A stretch of 26,549 nt of DNA from Xanthobacteraceae bacterium (lineage in GTDB: Bacteria; Pseudomonadota; Alphaproteobacteria; Rhizobiales; Xanthobacteraceae), in NCBI GenBank assembly GCA_030036975.1, contig JASHSE010000261.1, positions 1 through 26,549 of the forward strand. Direction: 5' to 3'. Shown in pieces: positions 1-7,419 of the stretch. The notes under the pieces are model-generated. The model was not told the DNA's origin, searched no databases, and saw nothing but the letters and a program-made list of their open reading frames with translations. The first letter of the stretch is position 1; each line of letters starts with the position of its first letter. A program made the translations under genes and the position numbers.

Positions 1-41
1 TCATTAAAGACCATCGTTATTGCAGCGAGCGGCTTTTTCAT
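1..41 (-). CDS. 5' fragment (truncated by window edge) of a probable GT2-like (GT-A fold) glycosyltransferase
   Basis: ATG at 41 reads MKKPLAAITMVFN(E/D) and runs off the edge. It starts 21 nt after the stop of the 63..797 gene, with GGAA about 10 nt upstream. AAITMVFNE resembles the N-terminal beta-strand motif (TMVxNE) of GT2-like enzymes. Only 13 codons are visible and the ORF track does not list it. Confidence 0.5.
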   Translation of the reverse strand, partial: MKKPLAAITMVFN

Positions 42-62
42 CTTGGTGTTGTTCCGCGTTTG

Positions 63-797
63 TTACCGCTTCACTGCTCGGAAATTGCGGCGGTACACGG
101 CGGTTTCCTCGCGCAGCGAATCGTTGGTGTCGCTGAACCGCTCCATCGCCTCGGAAGACAGCGCCTCGCAGCGCGCCGACCAGGACTCACGTTTTACCGG
201 CAGGCACTGCACCAAGGGCGTGCCCCTGGGCAGCACGCCGTTGAAGGCGGCGTCATGCCAATGCGCCGGAAATTGCACCGGCACGTCGCGATAGGCGTCG
301 CAATCGACCAGCCCGGTCAGCGCGGTGAACGGCAGATCGCGGCGGTTCACCGGGTGGGTGAATAAGAGGGAATAGCCCGGCGGCGCTTCGATGGTCCAGA
401 AGTTGACGAACTTGATGATGTAGCGGTCGTCGTCGAAGAACGGCGACCCGACCGCCTGGATCGGATCGTGAAAATCGATCGGTGAAAACGCGTGATCCGA
501 GGCGGCGCCGGGCGACAGATCGGTATTCCAGGTGAACTCGCCGTCCTGCACTTTCAGGTCCGTGGCCAACGGGATGAGGAATCCGTAGGTCATGGCGTCG
601 ATGAAGGGCGGACAGCGCTTGAGCGTTTCCTGCTGGTCGCCCGAGCGCGGGTTGACTACCCGCTGCGGCATGGCTTTGAACCACTCCGGCAAGCCGAGTA
701 CCGCCGGGATCGGTTCGGGCAGTACGCCGGCGAGCTCGGGCGGGCAGCGAAACGTCAAGCTCATCTCGTCGGTTTTTTGCTCCACAAACCTCTCCAC
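63..797 (-). CDS. Conserved hypothetical protein with dUTPase-like (beta-clip) motifs, DUF6065-like
   Basis: 244-aa ORF with typical codon usage, 33 nt downstream of GT41-1. Motifs: KRCPPFIDAMTYGFLIPL, WTIEAPPGYSLLFTHP, GLVDCDAY, GTPLVQ. GTG start at 797; ATG at 764 is an alternative. The family label is from memory. Confidence 0.7.
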   Translation of the reverse strand: MERFVEQKTDEMSLTFRCPPELAGVLPEPIPAVLGLPEWFKAMPQRVVNPRSGDQQETLKRCPPFIDAMTYGFLIPLATDLKVQDGEFTWNTDLSPGAASDHAFSPIDFHDPIQAVGSPFFDDDRYIIKFVNFWTIEAPPGYSLLFTHPVNRRDLPFTALTGLVDCDAYRDVPVQFPAHWHDAAFNGVLPRGTPLVQCLPVKRESWSARCEALSSEAMERFSDTNDSLREETAVYRRNFRAVKR

Positions 798-830
798 GCT
801 GCGCCGGGCCGGCGATGTCGTTGCGATCCA

Positions 831-3143
831 TCACGCCAGCGGTTCGACCGTGATTTGCCGTGGCGCTTCGCCGCGCTGGTGGATGTCCCAAATGGTTTTA
901 TAGGCCGCTTCGATGTGCCGGCGCAGGCGATCGGTGTCGAACAGCGGATATGTCGATCGGTTGGCGTCGAGTCTTGTGCGGATCGCCTGCAGCAGTGCCG
1001 GTTCGGCGGCGAGCTTCACGGCCAACGCCGCGTAGTCGTCGAGGCTCGTCGTAATCATTTCCGGCAGGCCGACGGCCTTGAGCAGGCTCGATCCGACCCG
1101 GCCAGCAAACGAGGCGCCGACGCAGGTGAGCATCGGCAATCCGGCCCAGAGCGCGTCCAGCGCGGTCGAGTGCGCGCCGTAAGGCAGCGTATCGAGGAAG
1201 AGGTCGGCGCGGCGGTGGCGGGCGAGGTGGTCCTCGATTCGTTCCAGCCGCGGAGCAAATACCAGCCGCGCCGGATCGAGGCCGCGCACGTCGAATTCGT
1301 GGCGCAGGTTTGCCATCGCAACATCGTGCATCTTCGGCAGCCATAGCACGCTCTCGGGCACGCGCTGCAGGATGCGCGCCCAGGCCGCGAAGATGCTCGC
1401 GCTGATCTTGAAGCTGCGGTTGAAGCAGCAAAACACGAAGCCATTTTCCGGCAGGCCGAGCGCGGCCCGCGTCGGCACTAACGGCGCGATCTGCCGTGTC
1501 GTGTCGCTGGGGTGATAGCAGTCCGGCAAGTGGATGATGTTCTCGCTGAAGTAGCGCCGCTCGGCCAGCGGCAGCACCGTCGGATCGGCGAGAAAATAAT
1601 CGATGAAATCCGCGCCTGTGGTGCTGGCATAGCCGAGATAGGCGACCTGAACGGGCGCCGGGCGCAGCGCGAGGCTGCCGATACGGTTGCCGCGTGTGAG
1701 CCCGTTCAGGTCGACCGCGATATTGACGTCGAGCGCTCTGATAAGTTCTGCGATCCCGCGATCGGAGCTGGACGATACGTCATGGAAGCGGTCGAACGAT
1801 TGGGCGATGCGCGCGCGTATGGTGCTGCCGTCGTCGCGGCCGGTCGACAGCCCGACAAACTCGAAATCAGTGCGGTCGTGACGCTCCAACAGTTCAACGA
1901 TCGAGGCGGCGACAGCGTGGCTGCGGAAGTCGGACGAGATATAGGCGACCCGCAGCTTGGCGGATTTCGTGGCGGCGCGGCGCGGCAGCGGCTTGATGAT
2001 CGTCGGCAAGCTGCGCTGCAGATAGTCCCGCGCGCAGATCTGCAGATAAGACGGGTTGCCGAAATAGAACAGCGGATAGGTGATGCCGACAGTGTGTCTC
2101 TTGTCGGCGATGGCGGGCTCGGCAATCTCGGCAAGGGCTGCGGCTTTCGTCCAATGACAGGCGTCAAGCGCGAGAAAGCCCAGCGACTCGAAGACATGAG
2201 GATGACGCGGGTCGAGCGCCAATACCCGTTCGTAATCGCGGATCGCTTCCTCATGACGATTCGGGCCGAGCACATTGGCGCGGTTGTTCAGGATGTCGGC
2301 GCGGTTGGGGGCAATGGCGAGCGCACGATCGTAGCTGGCGAGCGCCTCTTCTGTGCGCTCGAGAGCGGCCAGCACGTTGCCGCGGTTGAATAGCAGTTCG
2401 GGGTCGTTCGGCGAGAAGGAGAGGGCGCGATCAAAGCAGGCCAACGCCTCTTCGGTTCGCCGCAGCTCGATCAGCAAATTGCCGTAGTTGTTGAGGATCG
2501 CGATATGGTCGGGTTTCAGCGCCAGCGCCCGCTGGTAAGGCGCAATCGCCTCGTCGTGCCGGCCCAGAAGGCACAGCGCGTCGGCGTAACTGCCAAGCGC
2601 CGCAACGTGGTTCGGTACGAGCTGCAGCAGTTTTTCGTAAGACCGACAGGCCTCGCCAAACCGATTGCCCAGCGCCAGCGTGTTGGCGCGATTGAACAGG
2701 GCCGCAGCATGGCCAGGCCGGATCGCCAAGGCGCGATCATAGCTTTCAAGGGCCGCTTCATGGCGTCCGATCTGCGACAGCAAAACACCGCGGTTGAAGT
2801 GACAATCGGCGTCGCTTGGGCGCAGCTTGATGAGCCGGTCGTATTTGGCGAGCGCCTCGTCGCGGCGGCCGAGCGCGCTTAAGGCAAAGGCACAAACCGC
2901 CAGAGCTTCGGGTGCATCCGCCCGCAGCCGGGCGGCGCTCTCGGCGAGACGCAGCGCCTCGTCGGGCCGGCCTTGCTGCATTTTCAGCATGCCAAAGAGA
3001 TGCAGCGCGTCGAAATGCTTGGGTTGACGCGCCAGCAATGCGGCATAGGCCGACTCGGCTTCAGCGAAGCGGCCCTGGCGATGCAGGCTGAATGCGGCTT
3101 GCACGTCTCCAATCGCCGAAGACGTTGATCGCTCGCGCGACAT
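831..3143 (-). CDS. TPR-containing GT41 glycosyltransferase (O-GlcNAc transferase-like), paralog 1, 9 TPRs
   Basis: Nine roughly 34-aa TPR units, then N-cat RVAYISSDFRSH, DLNGLT, PAPVQVAYLGY, and C-cat CCFNRSFKI, DLFLDTLPYGAHSTALDALWAGLP, GRVGSSLL, PLFDT. No intervening domain. Confidence 0.93.
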   Translation of the reverse strand: MSRERSTSSAIGDVQAAFSLHRQGRFAEAESAYAALLARQPKHFDALHLFGMLKMQQGRPDEALRLAESAARLRADAPEALAVCAFALSALGRRDEALAKYDRLIKLRPSDADCHFNRGVLLSQIGRHEAALESYDRALAIRPGHAAALFNRANTLALGNRFGEACRSYEKLLQLVPNHVAALGSYADALCLLGRHDEAIAPYQRALALKPDHIAILNNYGNLLIELRRTEEALACFDRALSFSPNDPELLFNRGNVLAALERTEEALASYDRALAIAPNRADILNNRANVLGPNRHEEAIRDYERVLALDPRHPHVFESLGFLALDACHWTKAAALAEIAEPAIADKRHTVGITYPLFYFGNPSYLQICARDYLQRSLPTIIKPLPRRAATKSAKLRVAYISSDFRSHAVAASIVELLERHDRTDFEFVGLSTGRDDGSTIRARIAQSFDRFHDVSSSSDRGIAELIRALDVNIAVDLNGLTRGNRIGSLALRPAPVQVAYLGYASTTGADFIDYFLADPTVLPLAERRYFSENIIHLPDCYHPSDTTRQIAPLVPTRAALGLPENGFVFCCFNRSFKISASIFAAWARILQRVPESVLWLPKMHDVAMANLRHEFDVRGLDPARLVFAPRLERIEDHLARHRRADLFLDTLPYGAHSTALDALWAGLPMLTCVGASFAGRVGSSLLKAVGLPEMITTSLDDYAALAVKLAAEPALLQAIRTRLDANRSTYPLFDTDRLRRHIEAAYKTIWDIHQRGEAPRQITVEPLA

Positions 3144-3286
3144 GGAGGTCAGCTCATCTCCGGCCGAAACGCTGCGTCTGAGTGCGCCAAGATAGGTATT
3201 TTTCCGACAAGCCGGCAGGCTATCGCCGTTTGCTGCCCTGGTAAACCTCTCGCTTTGCGTCCGTCCTGGTGCGCGCCGCGGCTGGT

Positions 3287-3357
3287 CCGTATCATCGATT
3301 TGCTGCCGGCCTCAGTCGATGATAACGGCACTTGGCGGGCGGCGCGCCAGAGTGCCG
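3287..3357. other. Two adjacent, slightly overlapping inverted repeats in the divergent intergenic region
   Basis: TATCATCGA (3290-3298) pairs with TCGATGATA (3316-3324). CGGCACT (3326-3332) pairs with AGTGCCG (3351-3357), with an inner TGGCG/CGCCA pair. Confidence 0.45.
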
Positions 3358-3385
3358 CTGCGTCGTTGTTACGCCGGGGCGACTG

Positions 3386-4252
3386 ATGGCTCATTATCAT
3401 TTGATGCATTGCGTGCCGCCCGATCCCCGCGTGCACGGCCTCAACGGTTACAAGGAGGTCATTGAGACCGTCGCCTGGGGATTGGAGCAGCTCGGCCATC
3501 AGACCAGCTATGCGCTGAACCAGAGCGTTCGCGACGCCACTAACATCGTGTTCGGCGCCCAGGTCATGCCGATCGCCGCGCTCAAGCGGCTGCCTGAGGG
3601 CACTATCATCTACAATTTCGAGCAGATACGGGAGATCACGGCGGCGGCGCAGATCCGCGCCGAAACCCGCTACTACGCGCAGGTGCCGCATTTCCAAGTC
3701 TGGGACTATACGGCGGCCAACCTGCCGAGCTGGCGTACGCTCGGACGCTATCAGGTCAAGATCGTTCCGGTTGGTTACGCACCGATCCTGACCCGCATTC
3801 CGAAGGCGCCGCGCCAGGATATCGACGTGTTGATCTACGGCATGAGCGGCGAGCGCCGGCTGCAGACTTTTCACGGGCTGTCGCAGCGCGGCCTGTCGAC
3901 GGTCTTCGTCAGCGGACTTTACGGCGCGGCGCGCGACGAGCTGATTTCCCGCGCCAAAATCGTGCTCAACATCAATCTTTACCCGCACACCCGGATCTTC
4001 GAAATCGTGCGGGTGTCGTATCTGTTGGCGAATCGGAAGGCGGTGGTCGCCGACCTCGATGCCGATACCAGCATCGACGACGACATAAAGGCCGCGGTGA
4101 AGTTTGCCTCGACGCTGCAGGACCTTGTGAACCTGTGCGACAGCCTCGCCAACAACGACCGGGAGCGCACCAAGCTGGAAGAGGTCGGATTTTCCTGCAT
4201 CAGCCGACGCGACATAAGGGGTATCCTCAAAGGCGCACTGGCAAGCCCGTAG
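3386..4252 (+). CDS. Putative glycosyltransferase (GT-B type, CgeB/Glyco_trans_1_2-like C-terminal domain)
   Basis: 288 aa from ATG 3386; the ORF track start at 3332 is probably an over-extension. Motifs: DIDVLIYG, LYGAARDELISRAKIVLNIN, FEIVRVSYLLANRKAVVAD. Confidence 0.62.
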   Translation: MAHYHLMHCVPPDPRVHGLNGYKEVIETVAWGLEQLGHQTSYALNQSVRDATNIVFGAQVMPIAALKRLPEGTIIYNFEQIREITAAAQIRAETRYYAQVPHFQVWDYTAANLPSWRTLGRYQVKIVPVGYAPILTRIPKAPRQDIDVLIYGMSGERRLQTFHGLSQRGLSTVFVSGLYGAARDELISRAKIVLNINLYPHTRIFEIVRVSYLLANRKAVVADLDADTSIDDDIKAAVKFASTLQDLVNLCDSLANNDRERTKLEEVGFSCISRRDIRGILKGALASP

Positions 4253-4283
4253 CCCGAATAGCGCTTTGCGCGACCCGGGCTAC
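4249..4283. repeat. GTAG-family REP-like palindrome
   Basis: GTAGCCCG (4249-4256) and CGGGCTAC (4276-4283) form a perfect 8-bp inverted repeat enclosing a GCGC-TTT-GCGC inner stem. It overlaps the TAG stop and fills the intercistronic gap. Confidence 0.6.
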
Positions 4284-4303
4284 TGCCTTATGGAATATGC
4301 CGC

Positions 4304-5287
4304 ATGCGGCTGATGGGCAAAAACGTCGTCGTCACCGGCGGCGCCGGATTGATCGGCTCGTACCTGGTGGATTGCCTGGTCGAGCGCGGCGCGCGTGTCG
4401 TCGTCGCCGATGATTTTTCGAAGGGGCGGCGCAACAATCTCGCTGGAGTGATTGATCGCATTACGATCCGAGAAGGCGATCTTGAACAGGCCGCCGCCAT
4501 GGCCCGCGCGCTCGACGGTGCCGAAATCGTCTTCCACCTCGCCAGCCGCGCCTATGGCATCGGCTATTCGTCGCAAAATCACCTGGCGTTGCTGGCGCAC
4601 AATGAGCGCATCACCAACAATCTGCTCGATGCGCTCGCCGCGCGGCCGGCCGGGCATCTGTTGGTCTGCTCGTCGTCCTGCGTCTATCCGGACGACGGGC
4701 CCGACACGGTTGCCGAACTGCCGGTATTTTGCGGCGAGCCGGAGCAGGCGAATTGGGGCTACGGCTGGGCCAAGCGCCTGCTCGAGCAGAAGGCGGCTTT
4801 GGTGGCGCAGGCGACTGCCATGCCGCTCACCATCGTGCGGCCGTTCAACATCTACGGCGAGCGCTATCGCTGGATCGACGCCGCGTCACAAGCCATCCCG
4901 ATGCTGGTTAAGAAGGTGATGGACGGCGACGACCCGGTCGTGGTCTGGGGCTCCGGCACGCAGCGCCGCAACTACATGCACGCCGCCGATTGCGCCGCGG
5001 CGATCGCGGCCGTGGTCGAGGCCGGCTTCGTCGGCACCGTGAATATCGGCACTGAAGACACGGTGTCGATGCTCGGCCTGATCGAAATGATTTGCCGACT
5101 TGCCGGCCGCCGGGCGCGTATTGTCACCGATCCGAGCCGCCCCGAAGGACGGCGCATCAAGAGCTGCGATGCCACGCTGCTGCGCAAGGTCTATCCCGGA
5201 TTGGAGGCGTGCATGCCGCTCGAGCAGGGTCTTTCGCGCATGATCGATTGGCACGCCGCGGAGTTCGGCACGGTGGCCTCGGGGTGA
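4304..5287 (+). CDS. NAD-dependent epimerase/dehydratase (extended SDR), GDP-mannose 3,5-epimerase / GDP-fucose synthase-like
   Basis: TGGAGLIGS Rossmann motif, acidic DD after beta2, FHLAS, SSSCVYP, YGWAK (YxxxK), RPFNIYG, VWGSGTQRRNYMHAAD. Confidence 0.88.
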   Translation: MRLMGKNVVVTGGAGLIGSYLVDCLVERGARVVVADDFSKGRRNNLAGVIDRITIREGDLEQAAAMARALDGAEIVFHLASRAYGIGYSSQNHLALLAHNERITNNLLDALAARPAGHLLVCSSSCVYPDDGPDTVAELPVFCGEPEQANWGYGWAKRLLEQKAALVAQATAMPLTIVRPFNIYGERYRWIDAASQAIPMLVKKVMDGDDPVVVWGSGTQRRNYMHAADCAAAIAAVVEAGFVGTVNIGTEDTVSMLGLIEMICRLAGRRARIVTDPSRPEGRRIKSCDATLLRKVYPGLEACMPLEQGLSRMIDWHAAEFGTVASG

Positions 5288-5319
5288 AGCGTTTCCGTGA
5301 CGCAGCACAAAGCGATAAT

Positions 5320-7419
5320 TCAGCAAATTTGTGCGTTGCTCTGAACGGTAAAGCTTGCCGGCGGCCGGCCGTCCCGATAGGCCCGCCACATGGCGGCGTA
5401 GGCCGCTTCGATGTGCCGGGTGAACCGCGCGGTGTCGAACAGCGGATGAGTTTGCCGGTTACCCGCGAGTTTTTGCTTCAGCCCTGCGCCAAGCACCGGA
5501 TCCTTTGCGATCTTGAGCGCCAGTGCCTCGTATTCGGCGAGCGAGGTGGTGACGAGCTCCGGCATGCCGACCGCGCGATTGAGGCTCCCGGCGACGCGGC
5601 CGGCGAAGCTCGAGCCGAGGCAGGTCAGCACCGGCAGCCCAACCCACAGCGCTTCGGTCGCGGTGGTGTGGGCATTGTAGGGGAGCGTGTCGAGAAACAG
5701 ATCGGCTTGGCGTTGCCGCGCCAAATGGTCGGCGGCAAGCGGCGCGCGCGGCGCGAAAATCAAGCGCTCGGGAGCGATGCCGCGCCGCTCGGCTTCGGCG
5801 CGCAGGTTGCGCGAAGCGATTGTGTTGTATTCGCGCAGCCACAGCACGCTGCCCTCGACCTCGCGCAACAGCCGCATCCAGATGTCGAACATCGCCGGGT
5901 TGATCTTGTAGGACAGGTTGAAGGCGCAGAAGACGAAACCGCTTTCCGGCAATCCGAGCGCGCCGCGAGGCGGGGTCGGCTCGGCAATCGCCCTGGTGGC
6001 GTCGGTCGGCAGGTAGGTATCGGGCAGCCAAGCCACCTTCTCGGCGTAGAATGCGACGTGTTCGGGCGGCACTATTGTCGCGTCGGCGATGACGTAGTCG
6101 TAATAGTCCGCGCCGAGCGTGCCCGGAAAGCCGATGTAATTGACCTGAATGGGCGCCGCGCGGCTGGCAAAAACGTTGGTGCGCGCGTTTTCCAGAAAGC
6201 CGACGAGATCGACCGCGATATCGATTTCGCGCTCGCGCAACAGAGCGGCGATCTCCTCGTCGCTGTTGGTGCGGACGTCGACGAAATGCTCGAACGCGCC
6301 TTGCAGCCTTTGGCGAATGCCTCGTTCTTGCTCCGGCCCGAACGATACCGCCGTCACCTCGAACCGCGACCGGTCATGGCGCTCGAACATTCCGGCCGTC
6401 AGATAAGCGATCGGGTGCTCGCGAAAATCGCCGGAGACGTAGGCGAGGCGGATGCGATCGTGACGGTAGATTTCGCCGCGCCATAGCGGCGCGGCGGCAG
6501 GAAAGCGCGCTTGGCTGAATTTTTTGGCGCAGCGCAGATGGTCCTCGACCGATGATGACACTGCGAGCGCCACGAACGGATTGGCGGCCTCGTCGCGCTC
6601 GATGGCGAGAAGCAAGCGGTCGCGTTCCGCTTCGAAACCGCTCCAATCGCACAGGTGCATTTTGGCGGAAAACCGCATGCTGCGCGCTTCGGAATCCTCC
6701 GGCTGCAGCGCCAAACCCTTGTCGTAGGCGGCCGCCGCCTGCTCGTAGCGGCCAAGGTGGAAATAAATGTTGGCCATGTTGTCGTAGGCGTCGGCGAAAT
6801 CCGGCGCCAACGCGATGGCTTTTTGATAGCTGGCCAGCGCCTCGTCGGAGCGCCGCAGCTCGGCCAAAGCGTTGCCGCGATTGAGGTGCGCCTCGGCGAA
6901 ACCCGGCCTGAGCGCGATGGCGCGCTCGTAATCGGCCAGTGCCTCGGCAACGCGCTTGAGAGAATGGCGCGCGGTGCCGCGATTGATGTAGGCGTCGGCA
7001 GAGCCCGGCGCCTGGGCGATGAGTTCGTCGTATTGACGCAGGGCTTCGGCCTGCCTGCCTGCCTGCAGCAAAGCGGTCGCATAATTGTTGCGCGCGTTGG
7101 CGTGGCGCGGATCGAGCTTGAGCACGTTCTCGTAGCTGAGCGCCGCGTCGTTGTAATTTCCCGACATGCCGAGTGCGACGGCGAGATTGTAGTGCGCGTC
7201 GACGAGGTCGGGTTTGATGCGCGCGGCGCGCCGGAACATGTCGGCGGCCGCGGTGTAATTGTTTTGTTGAACATAAAGCATGGCAAGCGAATAGACGCAG
7301 CCGACATTGTCGGGCGACTTTTTGAGAATGCGCTTGTAAATGCGGAGCGCCTCGGGAAGCCGCCCAGCCCGGTGATGCGACAGGGCGGCTTGAAGCTCGT
7401 TCATCCGGTCGGCAGCCAT
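5320..7419 (-). CDS. TPR-containing GT41 glycosyltransferase (OGT-like), paralog 2, 7 TPRs
   Basis: ATG at 7419 overlaps the hydrolase TGA (TGATG), giving 699 aa; the longer ORF-track start overlaps the hydrolase and is rejected. Motifs: RLAYVSGDFREHP, APIQVNYIGFPGT, CAFNLSYKIN, DLFLDTLPYNAHTTATEALWVGLP. Confidence 0.93.
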   Translation of the reverse strand: MAADRMNELQAALSHHRAGRLPEALRIYKRILKKSPDNVGCVYSLAMLYVQQNNYTAAADMFRRAARIKPDLVDAHYNLAVALGMSGNYNDAALSYENVLKLDPRHANARNNYATALLQAGRQAEALRQYDELIAQAPGSADAYINRGTARHSLKRVAEALADYERAIALRPGFAEAHLNRGNALAELRRSDEALASYQKAIALAPDFADAYDNMANIYFHLGRYEQAAAAYDKGLALQPEDSEARSMRFSAKMHLCDWSGFEAERDRLLLAIERDEAANPFVALAVSSSVEDHLRCAKKFSQARFPAAAPLWRGEIYRHDRIRLAYVSGDFREHPIAYLTAGMFERHDRSRFEVTAVSFGPEQERGIRQRLQGAFEHFVDVRTNSDEEIAALLREREIDIAVDLVGFLENARTNVFASRAAPIQVNYIGFPGTLGADYYDYVIADATIVPPEHVAFYAEKVAWLPDTYLPTDATRAIAEPTPPRGALGLPESGFVFCAFNLSYKINPAMFDIWMRLLREVEGSVLWLREYNTIASRNLRAEAERRGIAPERLIFAPRAPLAADHLARQRQADLFLDTLPYNAHTTATEALWVGLPVLTCLGSSFAGRVAGSLNRAVGMPELVTTSLAEYEALALKIAKDPVLGAGLKQKLAGNRQTHPLFDTARFTRHIEAAYAAMWRAYRDGRPPASFTVQSNAQIC

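Noticed and set aside
2255-2290. One-residue-short ninth TPR in GT41-1 (NVLGPNR)
   Set aside because: In-frame single-codon difference, common in TPR arrays. No sign of pseudogenisation.
3239-3254. Possible sigma54 site (GG-N10-GC in TGGTAAACCTCTCGC)
   Set aside because: Only the dinucleotides match TGGCAC-N5-TTGC, which is expected by chance at this GC content.
831-5287. Idea that the GT41s are SPINDLY-type O-fucosyltransferases fed by an adjacent GDP-fucose synthase
   Set aside because: The motifs are OGT-like ((N/G)AH(T/S)T) and the SDR appears to lack the GFS catalytic His. The link is not excluded but is not supported.
901-5447. 21-nt and 18-nt exact DNA matches between GT41-1 (901-921, 932-949) and GT41-2 (5399-5419, 5430-5447)
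   Set aside because: Explained by a conserved protein motif plus codon bias. Too short to claim gene conversion or att sites.
492-6486. Plus-strand ORFs 492..1346, 1512..2393 and 5092..6486, two of which share similar-looking segments (GRFDVP...GVEQR)
   Set aside because: They are antisense to the GT41 paralogs, and the similarity only mirrors the conserved PLFDT...HIEAAY coding sequence.
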